Source: an uncultured Gammaproteobacteria bacterium (GTDB lineage: Bacteria > Pseudomonadota > Gammaproteobacteria > Steroidobacterales > SZUA-146). Taken from it: a stretch of 64,000 bases of DNA. Positions 9,821 to 19,091 of this stretch are shown here, piece by piece; position 1 is the first letter of the stretch; each line of letters opens with the position of its first letter. A program made the position numbers and the translations under genes. The notes beneath the pieces are model-generated. The model saw only the letters and a list, made by a program, of their open reading frames with translations, searched no databases and was not told where the DNA came from. Location: contig CAWUKD010000001.1 of the NCBI GenBank assembly GCA_963922815.1, forward strand, positions 36,631 through 100,630. The letters run 5' to 3'.

Positions 9821-12004
9821 CTAGTGTTTCTTTTCAAGACGACGCTGGTGCAACAGCGGTTCGGTATAACCACTAGGCTGTGCAGCTCCCTGTAACACCA
9901 GGTCACAGGCGGCGGCGAACGCGATGCTTTTGCCAAAGTGTGGGCTCATCGGTTCGTAGGCGGGATCGTTTTCGTTTTGTCGGTCGACGACCGCGGCCAT
10001 TTCACGCATGACTTCGAGAATTTCGTCGCCGGTGCAGACTCTGTGATGTAACCAGTTGGCCAGGAGCTGACTTGAAATACGCAGCGTGGCGCGGTCTTCC
10101 ATCAGCCCTACGTCATCGATGTCCGGCACTTTGGAACAGCCAACACCCTGATCAATCCATCTGACGACATAGCCCAGAATGGACTGGCAGCTGTTGCGCA
10201 GCTCGGCGGTGACGTCAGCGGCGGACAGCTCTTCTTTGGCCAGCGGCGGCGTCAGAATATCGAGTAGTTCGGCATGATCGCGCGTGATCAGTTTGCGCTG
10301 TATGTCGAACACATCAATCAGATGGTAGTGCATGGCGTGCAGCGTCGCGGCGGTGGGTGATGGCACCCACGCACAGTTGGCGCCGGCTTCCAGGTGCGCC
10401 TGTTTGGTCTCGACCATTTCTTTGAGCTCATCCGGTTTGGCCCACATGCCTTTACCAATCTGGGCGCGACCAGGCAGCCCGCAGCGGATGCCAACGTCGA
10501 CGTTCCAGCGCTCGTAGGCATCGATCCACGGCTGCGTTTTAATTTGGTCTTTGGGTAGCATGGGCCCGGCGTGCATGCTCGTGTGAATCTCGTCCCCGGT
10601 GCGATCCAGGAAGCCGGTGTTAATGAACACCAGCCGATCCTTAACGGCGCGGATACATTCTTTGAGGTTCACCGTCGTGCGTCGCTCTTCGTCCATAACG
10701 CCAACTTTTAGCGTGTTTCGTGCGAGTCCCAGCATGTCTTCGACGCGTGCAAACAGCGTGTCGGTAAATGCCGCTTCATCCGGTCCGTGCATTTTTGGTT
10801 TCACAATGTAAACGCTGCCGGTACGGGAATTGCGGCTGCCGGAGTCTTTGCGCAAGTCGTAAAGCGCACAGGTGCTGGTGATAATGGCGTCGAGAATCCC
10901 CTCTGGCACCTCGTCACCATGCGCATTCAATAGGGCGTTGTTGGTCATGAGGTGACCGACGTTTCTGACCAGCAGCAGACTGCGGCCCGGCAGCGTAACG
11001 TCCTGTCCATCCGACGCGCTGTACACGCGGTCTTTCGCAAGCACGCGCTCCAGCGTGCGCTGCCCTTTGCTGAAGCTCGCCGACAGAGTGCCCCGCATCA
11101 GTCCAAGCCAGTTTCGGTACACGCCGACTTTGTCTTCGGCATCGACCGCAGCGACCGAATCTTCGCAGTCCTGAATGGTGGTCACCGCCGCTTCCAGAAT
11201 CACGTCGGCCACATGCGCGTTGGCCTGGCTGCCCACCGGATGATCCGGATCAATCAGCAGCTCTATGTGCAGATTGTTATTCCTGAACAATATGGTCAGA
11301 CGACCGTCTTCCGTTCGATGCCCGATGAACTGACCCGGATCGGCCAGCACGGACTCGCCGTCATCAAACAGCACTTCAATACTGGTCACGTCATCGTGGT
11401 GATGCAGTTTGTAGATCTGCACGTCGGCGTGACTGCCCTGCTTCAACGGTACGGCGTTATCGAGAAAGGCGGCGGCGTACGCAATGACCGCATTTCCGCG
11501 AGAGGCGTTATAACCGCCCGAACGGGTCTTGCCGTCACGTTCGTCGATAACATCCGATCCGTAGAGCGCGTCGTACAAACTGCCCCATCGGGCGTTTGCG
11601 GCGTTCAGCGCAAACCGCGCGTTGCTGACCGGCACGACCAGCTGCGGACCGGCGATCGACGCGATCTCGGCGTCAACCTGCGCGGTGGTAATGGCAAACT
11701 CGTCGCCCTCGTCGACGAGATACCCGATATCGCGAAGCATGCCCACGTAGGCGTCCGAGTCCCACGGCTCCCGATGGTGCTTTTGATGCCACTGATCGAT
11801 ATCTTGCTGAAGCTTCTCCCGGGTATCCAGCAGCCTGCGGTTTTCCGGGGCCAGTTCGGTCAGAATGCGCTCGACGCCGCTCCAGTAGGCCGTGCTGTCA
11901 AGCTCAAGATCGGGGAGCAGCTCCTCTTCAACAAACGATTTGAGCGAGGACGCGACCTGCAGCGTTCCGGCGTCAATGTAATCGGGCGAAGAAGACTGAC
12001 TCAT
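9821..12004 (-). CDS. glcB: Malate synthase G
   Basis: Collinear with E. coli GlcB as I recall it: GPQLVVPVSNARFALNAANARWGSLYDALYGSD, CEDSVAAVDAEDK, RTGSVYIVKPKMHGP, FINTGFLDRTGDE, MEDRATLRISSQ. The ATG at 12004 (MSQSSSPDY) has an AGGAG upstream. The track start at 12133 adds 43 unlikely residues. Confidence 0.95.
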   Translation of the reverse strand: MSQSSSPDYIDAGTLQVASSLKSFVEEELLPDLELDSTAYWSGVERILTELAPENRRLLDTREKLQQDIDQWHQKHHREPWDSDAYVGMLRDIGYLVDEGDEFAITTAQVDAEIASIAGPQLVVPVSNARFALNAANARWGSLYDALYGSDVIDERDGKTRSGGYNASRGNAVIAYAAAFLDNAVPLKQGSHADVQIYKLHHHDDVTSIEVLFDDGESVLADPGQFIGHRTEDGRLTILFRNNNLHIELLIDPDHPVGSQANAHVADVILEAAVTTIQDCEDSVAAVDAEDKVGVYRNWLGLMRGTLSASFSKGQRTLERVLAKDRVYSASDGQDVTLPGRSLLLVRNVGHLMTNNALLNAHGDEVPEGILDAIITSTCALYDLRKDSGSRNSRTGSVYIVKPKMHGPDEAAFTDTLFARVEDMLGLARNTLKVGVMDEERRTTVNLKECIRAVKDRLVFINTGFLDRTGDEIHTSMHAGPMLPKDQIKTQPWIDAYERWNVDVGIRCGLPGRAQIGKGMWAKPDELKEMVETKQAHLEAGANCAWVPSPTAATLHAMHYHLIDVFDIQRKLITRDHAELLDILTPPLAKEELSAADVTAELRNSCQSILGYVVRWIDQGVGCSKVPDIDDVGLMEDRATLRISSQLLANWLHHRVCTGDEILEVMREMAAVVDRQNENDPAYEPMSPHFGKSIAFAAACDLVLQGAAQPSGYTEPLLHQRRLEKKH

Positions 12005-12291
12005 GAGGGACTCCTGAAAACTGTGACACCGGGTATGACCGGCTAGCGATCTGGCAAGTAATTGCCCGGCTACCCGAACAAACGAGGTGTGGAATGGCGC
12101 ATACAGACTGACAGATTCAGCCAGTCCGTACACTGTCTATTCTACAGTCGCGAGGAATTACTGGCCAGACCTGTCTGCGCCGGGAAGGATCTGAGATCAG
12201 GCTTGCCTGGGGCTACCTTCGAAGCCGCTGAAACCAACCCCCTACCCAGGTGGTACGCGGAGAGCTGGCGCTAAGGGCAGTCGCCGCTTTC

Positions 12292-14469
12292 TTATGCAGA
12301 CCCGCTTTTTCTGATCAGCGCGTCTACCGCAATAGCGCCCGGATACGATGAAGCGTTCTCAGTCGAATCGTCGACTAGACTCGGCGGGGTCTGGCGTTCA
12401 TGAGCGGCTGATACGTCGGTGTCCTGCGTATTCAATCCGGCCACCGAACGCACCAGCAGCGGATTCACATCCAGCTCCAGCAAACACTCGCGGTTTGCCT
12501 GAGCGTATCGGCACACCGACTCGATGGCATCCAGAGCGCCTTCCAGATCCCCCGATTGATCACGATAGCCCGTGATCAATCGGGCAACTCTGAGTGACAG
12601 CAGCGCCGTTTTAATCTCCTCGCGAGATGCCGGCAACAGCAGCTGCACCGAATCGTCGAGCATCTCGACGTTGACCCCACCGGCACCCAGTACCAACACC
12701 TGTCCAAAGTCCTTGTCGAAGTTTACACCGACAAACAGCTCAGCCACGGCGTCGCCAATCATCGACTCGATCAACAGCTCATCGCCAAGAGTCGTCAGCT
12801 CAGTCGCGTGTTTCGAGACCTCGGCGAGCGACAGCACACCGACCCGAACGGCACCCAATTCCGTCTTGTGCGCCAGGTGCGCACCCAGCGCCTTCATGAC
12901 CACCGGAAAACCCAGGGACATGACGGCCGCTCCGGATTCTTCGGTGCCACAGCGAACCGAAGCCGGTACCGGCAGGCCAAACTCTTCGAGCGCCTGCTTG
13001 CTGGCATGCTCGTCCAGGCAATGCGTCGACTCGGTGTCAATCTCAATGTGCTCGATGGCCTCAAGGTTGCTCGCCTGCTGCTGCGCACGCCCAATCGCAT
13101 ACGCATGGTGAATCGCCTGAACGCATTCTTTCAAGCCCTGCATGGGCGCTACGTTCAGTGTGCACAGTCGCGCGCGAGCCGACTCCGGCAGATTCTCAGG
13201 CAGTGACGAGACCAGCGCCACTCGCGTACCGGTAGCCTGCGACGCTGCGCACAGTGCCCGCTCGGCCGTCTGCCACAGCGTTACGTCGTATTGATCGGGC
13301 GGCGGATAGTCCAGAATCAGCAGCGCACAGTCGAGCGGCTCCTTTAATAACGCCGTAAACACCTGAGTCAGCACCGGCTCATCGCCCCAGACGTAGGTGT
13401 GGTAATCAAGCGGATTTGACACGTGCACGCGCTCACCCAGCAGGTTCGACAGCGAACTGACGGTAGTGGACGAGAGCTCTGGAAACCTGAGTCCCTCCGC
13501 CTCCGCCAGATCAGCAAGATGAGAGGCCTCGCCGCCCGAACAGCTCATTGAGGCTATGTGAGGCTTCTCGTTACCATCGCTCCGATTCGGCGTGATGGCT
13601 CCGCCCAGCGATACAAACTTTAAAGTCTCCAAAAGCTCAGTCAGAGAATAACAGCGCGCGACTCCGAATCGCTCAAACATGACGCTGACCAGGTCATCCG
13701 GATTGGCGAGCGACCGCGTATGACTCAGGGCCATCTCGGCACCCAGCTCCGAGCTTCCTGTTTTAATCGCTATCAGCGGCACGCCCTGGCGGAGTGCGCG
13801 CAGAGCAGCGGCCGTGAATTCGGGGACATTAGCGATCCCTTCCAGGTGCATGCCTATGGCGGTTACCCTGGGGTCGTCGAGCATCGCGTGAAGGTAGTCG
13901 TGAATCTGAAGCTGCGCGTTGTTACCCATGGCCACGACGTAGCTGAAGGCAAGCGCTCGCTGCTGAAACGTCACGTTGATGCCAATGTTCCCGCTTTGCA
14001 TCAGCAGCGCAGGGCCTCGTTCGGTCTGCTCGCCGCCGAAATGATCCGGCCAAAGTGCAACCCCGTCCAGGTAATTCACAAAGCCGTGGCAGTTGGGGCC
14101 GACCAGCGGCATCTCTCCTGCCGCGTTTAGCAACGCGCTCTGAAGGCGCTTGCCACTCTCGCCGGCTTCGGCAAATCCGGACGCGTAGCAGACCACACCG
14201 CCCGCACCTTTCTGCTTAAGCTGTTCAACGACCTCAACCGTGCGTTCTGGCGAAACGCCAATAAAGCACGCATCGGGCACTTCAGGCAGCGCATCAATGT
14301 TGGGCACGCACGTGACGCCGGCAAGCTCGTCTCGCGTGGGGTGTACGGCGTAAAGCCTGCCACCAAAGCCAATGCGGTGGCACTGAGTGGCGACCGTTGC
14401 CGCCGACTGACCGCCAATCACCGCAATGGACTTAGGTGACAGGAGGCGCGACAGATCGTTGCACGACAC
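12292..14469 (-). CDS. NDP-forming acyl-CoA synthetase (CoA-binding + succinyl-CoA-ligase-like + ATP-grasp domains); candidate betaine-CoA ligase of the operon
   Basis: N-terminus LLSPKSIAVIGGQSA..RLYAVHP..PDACFIGVSPERTVEVVEQL..GAGGVVCYASGFAE is typical of the ADP-forming acetyl-CoA synthetase family. 725 aa. Last gene of the carnitine cluster. Confidence 0.8.
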   Translation of the reverse strand: MSCNDLSRLLSPKSIAVIGGQSAATVATQCHRIGFGGRLYAVHPTRDELAGVTCVPNIDALPEVPDACFIGVSPERTVEVVEQLKQKGAGGVVCYASGFAEAGESGKRLQSALLNAAGEMPLVGPNCHGFVNYLDGVALWPDHFGGEQTERGPALLMQSGNIGINVTFQQRALAFSYVVAMGNNAQLQIHDYLHAMLDDPRVTAIGMHLEGIANVPEFTAAALRALRQGVPLIAIKTGSSELGAEMALSHTRSLANPDDLVSVMFERFGVARCYSLTELLETLKFVSLGGAITPNRSDGNEKPHIASMSCSGGEASHLADLAEAEGLRFPELSSTTVSSLSNLLGERVHVSNPLDYHTYVWGDEPVLTQVFTALLKEPLDCALLILDYPPPDQYDVTLWQTAERALCAASQATGTRVALVSSLPENLPESARARLCTLNVAPMQGLKECVQAIHHAYAIGRAQQQASNLEAIEHIEIDTESTHCLDEHASKQALEEFGLPVPASVRCGTEESGAAVMSLGFPVVMKALGAHLAHKTELGAVRVGVLSLAEVSKHATELTTLGDELLIESMIGDAVAELFVGVNFDKDFGQVLVLGAGGVNVEMLDDSVQLLLPASREEIKTALLSLRVARLITGYRDQSGDLEGALDAIESVCRYAQANRECLLELDVNPLLVRSVAGLNTQDTDVSAAHERQTPPSLVDDSTENASSYPGAIAVDALIRKSGSA

Positions 14470-14535
14470 CGGCGTTAAACCCCGTAACCCGTCAGGGCAT
14501 CACCGTATCGTACCGACACCGTCAACATGGAGCGA

Positions 14536-15333
14536 CTACTTGCCACGCCAGACCGGGTCTCTCTTCTCGGCAAAAGCCTTGAACCCTTCCAGGTTGTCTT
14601 CACTGTTGTACAGCGTATCCACCGTCGCGAGCTGACTCTTGGTGATACTGTTGAGCGCATCCTGAAACTTCATGTTTTCGGCTTCGCGCACCACTTCCTT
14701 GATTGCCGCGTAAACGAGCGGCGGCCCGCCAGCCAGCAGTCGCGCCATGTCCCAGGCTTTGTCGCTAAGTTCGTCGGCCGGCACCACGTGGTTCACGAAA
14801 CCCCATCGGTGCGCTTCGTCGGCATCCAGCCAGCGACCCGTCAACAGCATTTCCATCGCGATGTGATACGGAATGCGTTTGGGCAGCTTGATGGACGCTG
14901 CGTCAGCCAGCGTTCCCGAACGTATTTCAGGCAGCGCGAACGTGGCGTGACTCGCGCTGAGTATAATGTCAGTCGACAGGGCAAGCTCCAGACCTCCGCC
15001 ACAGCAAATGCCGTTCACCGCACAAATCACCGGCTTGTTAAAATTACCCAGCTCCTGAAGGCCACCAAAACCACCCACACCGTAGTCGCCGTCTACGGCG
15101 TCGCCATCGGCGGCCGCCTTCAAATCCCAGCCGGGGCAGAAAAACTTTTCACCGGTAGCGGTAACAATGGCTACCTTGAGTTCGGGATCGTCGCGAAACT
15201 CTCTGAAGACCTGCCCCATAATGCGGCTGGTCGCCAGATCGATGGCATTGGCCTTCGGTCGATCGAGCACAACTTCGAGTACGCCGCCGTCCGTGCGCGT
15301 GCGAATGGGGCCGGTGTCATTTTGCATAGTCAT
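14536..15333 (-). CDS. Carnitinyl-CoA dehydratase / crotonobetainyl-CoA hydratase-like enoyl-CoA hydratase (CaiD-like)
   Basis: Near-collinear with E. coli CaiD as recalled: LDRPKANAID, GEKFF..GWDLKAAA, NKPVI.AVNG, FALPE, FAEKRDPVWRGK at the C-terminus. Confidence 0.85.
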   Translation of the reverse strand: MTMQNDTGPIRTRTDGGVLEVVLDRPKANAIDLATSRIMGQVFREFRDDPELKVAIVTATGEKFFCPGWDLKAAADGDAVDGDYGVGGFGGLQELGNFNKPVICAVNGICCGGGLELALSTDIILSASHATFALPEIRSGTLADAASIKLPKRIPYHIAMEMLLTGRWLDADEAHRWGFVNHVVPADELSDKAWDMARLLAGGPPLVYAAIKEVVREAENMKFQDALNSITKSQLATVDTLYNSEDNLEGFKAFAEKRDPVWRGK

Positions 15334-15360
15334 AGCAGATTCCGATTCAATTAAAGTGTT

Positions 15361-16521
15361 CTAGGTTTCGTAAGGCCGCAGCAGTTCGCGGCTGATAATG
15401 TGTCGTTGTATTTCCGAGGTGCCGTCCCAAATCCGCTCGACTCGCGCGTCACGCCAGAAACGCTCAAGCGGCAGGTCCTGCATCAGCCCCATGCCGCCAA
15501 AAATCTGCACGGCTTCGTCAGTAACCCGGGCCAGCATCTCGGTCGAAAACAGCTTGGCGCTGGCAATAGCACGATTCGCAGGCTCACCCTGTTCAAGCTG
15601 CCACGCGGCGGCCAGCGTCAGATAGTCGGCGGCGTCAATCGACGTCACCATGTCCGCGAGCTTGAACGACACGCCCTGAAACTTGCCAATGGCCTGACCA
15701 AACTGCTTGCGCTCGGCGGCGTAGGCAATCGACAGATCCAGCGCGCGACGGGCACGGCCCACGCACATGGCGGCCACCGTAAGGCGGGTTCCGGCCAGCC
15801 AGTTGTTAGCAAGCTGGAACCCCTGGTGAACCTCTCCGAGCATCTGGCGTTTATGCACCCGGCAGTCGCTGAAACTCAGCACGCAGTTGTGATACCCGCG
15901 ATGCGACACCGAGTGATAGCCGGGCTGAATCTCGAAGCCGGGCGTTCCGCGGTCAACCAAAAAGCAACTGATCTTCTTTTTGGGACCTTTCGGCGTTTGC
16001 TCTTCGCCGGTGGCAACAAAAACAATGACAAAATCGGCGATGTCGGCGTGGCTAATGAAATGCTTGGTGCCGTTAATGATCCAGTCATCGCCGTCCTGTT
16101 TGGCCATGCACTGCATGCCGCGCAGGTCGGACCCGGCACCCGGCTCGGTCATCGCCAGCGCATCGTATTTCTCGCCGCGTACAGCCGGCAGTAAATAACG
16201 TTCGCGTTGCTCGCCTTCACACGCCGCCAGAATGCCGGACGGTCGACCGAAGAAAACGCTGAGCGCCATGGACGCCCGCCCCAGCTCACGCTCTATCAAA
16301 GTAAAATCCAGCTCGCCGAGGCCACCGCCACCGCATTCTTCAGGCATGTTTGCTGCGAAGAATCCCAGATCACGGCATTTCTGCGCGATCTCTTCGCCGA
16401 GCTCACGCGGTACGACACCGGTACGATCAACTTCATCTTCGTGCGGATAGATTTCCTGTTCGACAAACTTGCGAACGGTATCCACCAGCATGTGCTGTTC
16501 GTCACTCAATCCAAAATGCAT
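15361..16521 (-). CDS. Acyl-CoA dehydrogenase (candidate gamma-butyrobetainyl-CoA dehydrogenase)
   Basis: ACAD family: MHFGLSDEQHMLVDTVRKFVEQEI, ALAMTEPGAGSD, QFGQAIGKFQGV, IWDGTSEIQR. The ATG at 16521 has a GGAGAG upstream. The track start is 16569. Confidence 0.85.
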   Translation of the reverse strand: MHFGLSDEQHMLVDTVRKFVEQEIYPHEDEVDRTGVVPRELGEEIAQKCRDLGFFAANMPEECGGGGLGELDFTLIERELGRASMALSVFFGRPSGILAACEGEQRERYLLPAVRGEKYDALAMTEPGAGSDLRGMQCMAKQDGDDWIINGTKHFISHADIADFVIVFVATGEEQTPKGPKKKISCFLVDRGTPGFEIQPGYHSVSHRGYHNCVLSFSDCRVHKRQMLGEVHQGFQLANNWLAGTRLTVAAMCVGRARRALDLSIAYAAERKQFGQAIGKFQGVSFKLADMVTSIDAADYLTLAAAWQLEQGEPANRAIASAKLFSTEMLARVTDEAVQIFGGMGLMQDLPLERFWRDARVERIWDGTSEIQRHIISRELLRPYET

Positions 16522-16659
16522 GACCTGCTCTCCGCCCCGCCGGGCTTGTCTGTTGTTATCACCTTCCACGCAGTTCGTGGACGCACTACCCTTGACCTTG
16601 CGAATATGAATTGCCGTCGGAACACACGTGAGACACAGCCGCCGGCATCATTAACCATG

Positions 16660-18135
16660 TCATCCCCGCTTCTGCCCGACGAATCGCCCCGCCCCGTCCG
16701 GCGGCTCAAGCGCCTGATGCTGCTGGTGTATGGCCGTCAGCCGGTCCAGCACCTCGTCGCCAGCCGCACAAACAGAACCGGCTTTGCTGTCCACATGCAG
16801 CAGCATCTGTTCGGCGTTCGCAACCAGCACGTCGCCATCGGCCCGATAAATACTGTGAAAGACATGCAGCCTCTTTGAATCTACGTGCAGCACCTGGGTC
16901 GTACTGTAAAGGCGCTGTCCCAGCCTGGCCTCGTCACGATGCTGGATGTGGGTTTCCACCGTGTAATAGCTGTGACCGCCTGCCACGTAGTCGGCGTTAA
17001 CACCAACCATTTGCAACAATCGGTCGGAGGTATCACCAAACACCTGCAGATAGCGAAACTCCGTCATGTGGCCGTTGTAGTCTATCCAGGCCGGCAGCAC
17101 GTCAAACTCCAGCATGTGCAGCGGCTCACTGGAGTCATCTTCCGTCACCGGGTCATCCGCAGTACGCAACCGCACCCGCTCATCGTGCTGAGCCAGTACG
17201 TCGCCAGCGCCCCATCGCCGATCTTTCAAAGCGCGCAGAATGCCCACCAGGTTCTGATCGCGAATACGTTCCAGTTCGCGAATACCGTAGCGGCCCGATT
17301 GTGCATCGGACTGTGTGGCGATCTTGTCGATCAGTTCGTCGGTGAGCTCCGGCACGTCCATCAGCTTGGTCCACGGCCATGCAAGCGCCGGTCCAAACTG
17401 GCTAATGAAATGCGCCATACCCTCTTCGCCGCCGGCCAGTCGATAGGTTTCAAACAGCCCCATCTGGGCCCACCGAAGACCAAAGCCGTAGCGAATGATG
17501 TCGTCGATTTCCTGCGTGGTGGCAACGTCGTCATTCACCAGCCAGAGCGCTTCGCGCCACACGGCCTCGAGCAGTCGGTCGGCCACATGAGCGTCGATCT
17601 CTTTACGTACAGCCACCGGCTTCATGCCGATCGACTCAAGCGACTCGCGCACCTGATCCAGCATGGCTCCGGAGCCTGCACCGACTATCTCAACAACCGG
17701 AAGCAGATACACGGGGTTGAACGGATGCGCGACAATGATCTGCTCAGAAATCGCGGCTCCTTCACGCAGTTGGGTAGGCGTAAATCCCGACGTGGACGAT
17801 GCTACTACGGCGTCACCAGATACGGACGCCTGAATATCAGCCAGCACCCGGTGCTTAAGATCAATGGACTCCGGCACGCTTTCCTGCACCCAGTCCGCAC
17901 CGGTCACAGCCTGCTCAATGGTTGGGGAAAACTCAAGCGTTCCTTCCGGGCCAAGCGGTACATCGAGCGTCGCCGGCACGCTGAGCCGCGCGTTGTCGAT
18001 GACTTCCATGACTTTGCGCTTGGCCTGCGACGCAGGATCGTAAACCCGCACGTCCCAGCCGTTCAGCAGAAACCGGGCGGCCCACCCGCCGCCGATAACG
18101 CCGCCACCGACAATGGCTGCACAGCGCCGTGTCAT
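16660..18135 (-). CDS. lcdH: L-carnitine 3-dehydrogenase fused to a C-terminal 4HBT-type (betainyl-CoA) thioesterase domain
   Basis: N-terminal Rossmann motif AIVGGGVIGGGWAARFLLNGWDVRVYDP with a 3-hydroxyacyl-CoA-dehydrogenase-like core. The C-terminal ~150 aa (VLPAWIDYNGHMTEFRYLQVF..YTVETHIQH) look like a hot-dog thioesterase. The start overlaps the BKACE stop by 4 nt. Confidence 0.85.
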   Translation of the reverse strand: MTRRCAAIVGGGVIGGGWAARFLLNGWDVRVYDPASQAKRKVMEVIDNARLSVPATLDVPLGPEGTLEFSPTIEQAVTGADWVQESVPESIDLKHRVLADIQASVSGDAVVASSTSGFTPTQLREGAAISEQIIVAHPFNPVYLLPVVEIVGAGSGAMLDQVRESLESIGMKPVAVRKEIDAHVADRLLEAVWREALWLVNDDVATTQEIDDIIRYGFGLRWAQMGLFETYRLAGGEEGMAHFISQFGPALAWPWTKLMDVPELTDELIDKIATQSDAQSGRYGIRELERIRDQNLVGILRALKDRRWGAGDVLAQHDERVRLRTADDPVTEDDSSEPLHMLEFDVLPAWIDYNGHMTEFRYLQVFGDTSDRLLQMVGVNADYVAGGHSYYTVETHIQHRDEARLGQRLYSTTQVLHVDSKRLHVFHSIYRADGDVLVANAEQMLLHVDSKAGSVCAAGDEVLDRLTAIHQQHQALEPPDGAGRFVGQKRG

Positions 18136-19052
18136 GCCGGCGCTCTCTTGACCAGACCCAGCTTGTCCCGCACGTCCTGAGGCGACATCAAGCGGGCACC
18201 GAGACTGGTCACGATGCCAGCTGCGCGTTCTACCAGCTGTTCGTTCTTAGCAAGGACCCCTTTGTCGAGATACAGATTGTCTTCCAGCCCAACGCGCACG
18301 TTACCACCGGCTAAAACGGCCGCGGCCACATACGGCATTTGATGCCGACCGATAGAAAACGCGGAGTACACCCAGTCCGGTGGAATGTTGTTCACCATTG
18401 CCATCAGCGTGTTGAGATCGTCAGGCGCGCCCCACGGAATACCCATGCACAGCTGCACGAGCGCAGGTCCCGGCAACGTACCTTCATCAACGAGCTGTTT
18501 GGCGAACCACAGGTGTCCGGTATCAAACGCCTCGATTTCGACGCGCACACCGCACTCGACCATCATGCGTGCCATTTCACGCAGCATGCCCGGCGTATTG
18601 GTCATGACGTAGTCGGCTTCGGCAAAGTTCATGGTGCCGCAGTCCAGGGTGCAGATTTCGGGACGGCACTCGAGCACGTGCTCCATGCGTTCTTCGGCGC
18701 TGACCATATCCGTCTGCTCCGGATTCAACGGCAGCGGCCGACTCGCCGGACCAAACACCATGTCGCCGCCCATACCGGCGGTCAGATTAAGCACAACGTC
18801 CGTATCCGATGCGCGGATGCGTTCGGTGACTTCACGATACAGGTCCACGCGTCGCGACGGAGCTCCGGTTCGCGGATCACGTACGTGACAGTGCACCACG
18901 GCGGCGCCCGCCTTTGCCGCCGCGATGGCGCTGTTGGCGATTTGCTCCGGGGAGCGCGGCACGTGTTCTGACTTGTCCTGCGTACCCCCTGAGCCCGTGA
19001 CGGCGCAGGTAATAAAAACGTCTTTGTTCATGGTTAATGGCATGTCGGTCAC
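18132..19052 (-). CDS. Beta-keto acid cleavage enzyme (BKACE/DUF849), candidate dehydrocarnitine cleavage enzyme
   Basis: VFITCAVTGSGGT..VPRSPEQIANSAIAAAKAGAAVVHCHVRDP is the BKACE signature. It is positioned next to the carnitine dehydrogenase, as in cdhCAB-type clusters. Confidence 0.85.
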   Translation of the reverse strand: MTDMPLTMNKDVFITCAVTGSGGTQDKSEHVPRSPEQIANSAIAAAKAGAAVVHCHVRDPRTGAPSRRVDLYREVTERIRASDTDVVLNLTAGMGGDMVFGPASRPLPLNPEQTDMVSAEERMEHVLECRPEICTLDCGTMNFAEADYVMTNTPGMLREMARMMVECGVRVEIEAFDTGHLWFAKQLVDEGTLPGPALVQLCMGIPWGAPDDLNTLMAMVNNIPPDWVYSAFSIGRHQMPYVAAAVLAGGNVRVGLEDNLYLDKGVLAKNEQLVERAAGIVTSLGARLMSPQDVRDKLGLVKRAPA

Positions 19053-19091
19053 CCTGGTCAGACAATCGGTAAATTTTTTGTTGGGTTAAAA

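Noticed and set aside
10952-12046. Long antisense ORFs opposite well-supported genes. Examples: 10952-12046 (+) against glcB, 16885-18180 (+) against the carnitine dehydrogenase, 32526-34154 (+) against the ABC-F gene, 43411-44514 (+) against cysI, 61226-62239 (+) against the kinase/regulator, and 1750-2580 (+) against FG-GAP paralog A.
   Set aside because: These are typical shadow ORFs of GC-rich coding DNA. They have Arg/Ser/Pro/His-rich, low-complexity translations with no recognisable motifs. In every case the opposite strand encodes a protein with strong family signatures.
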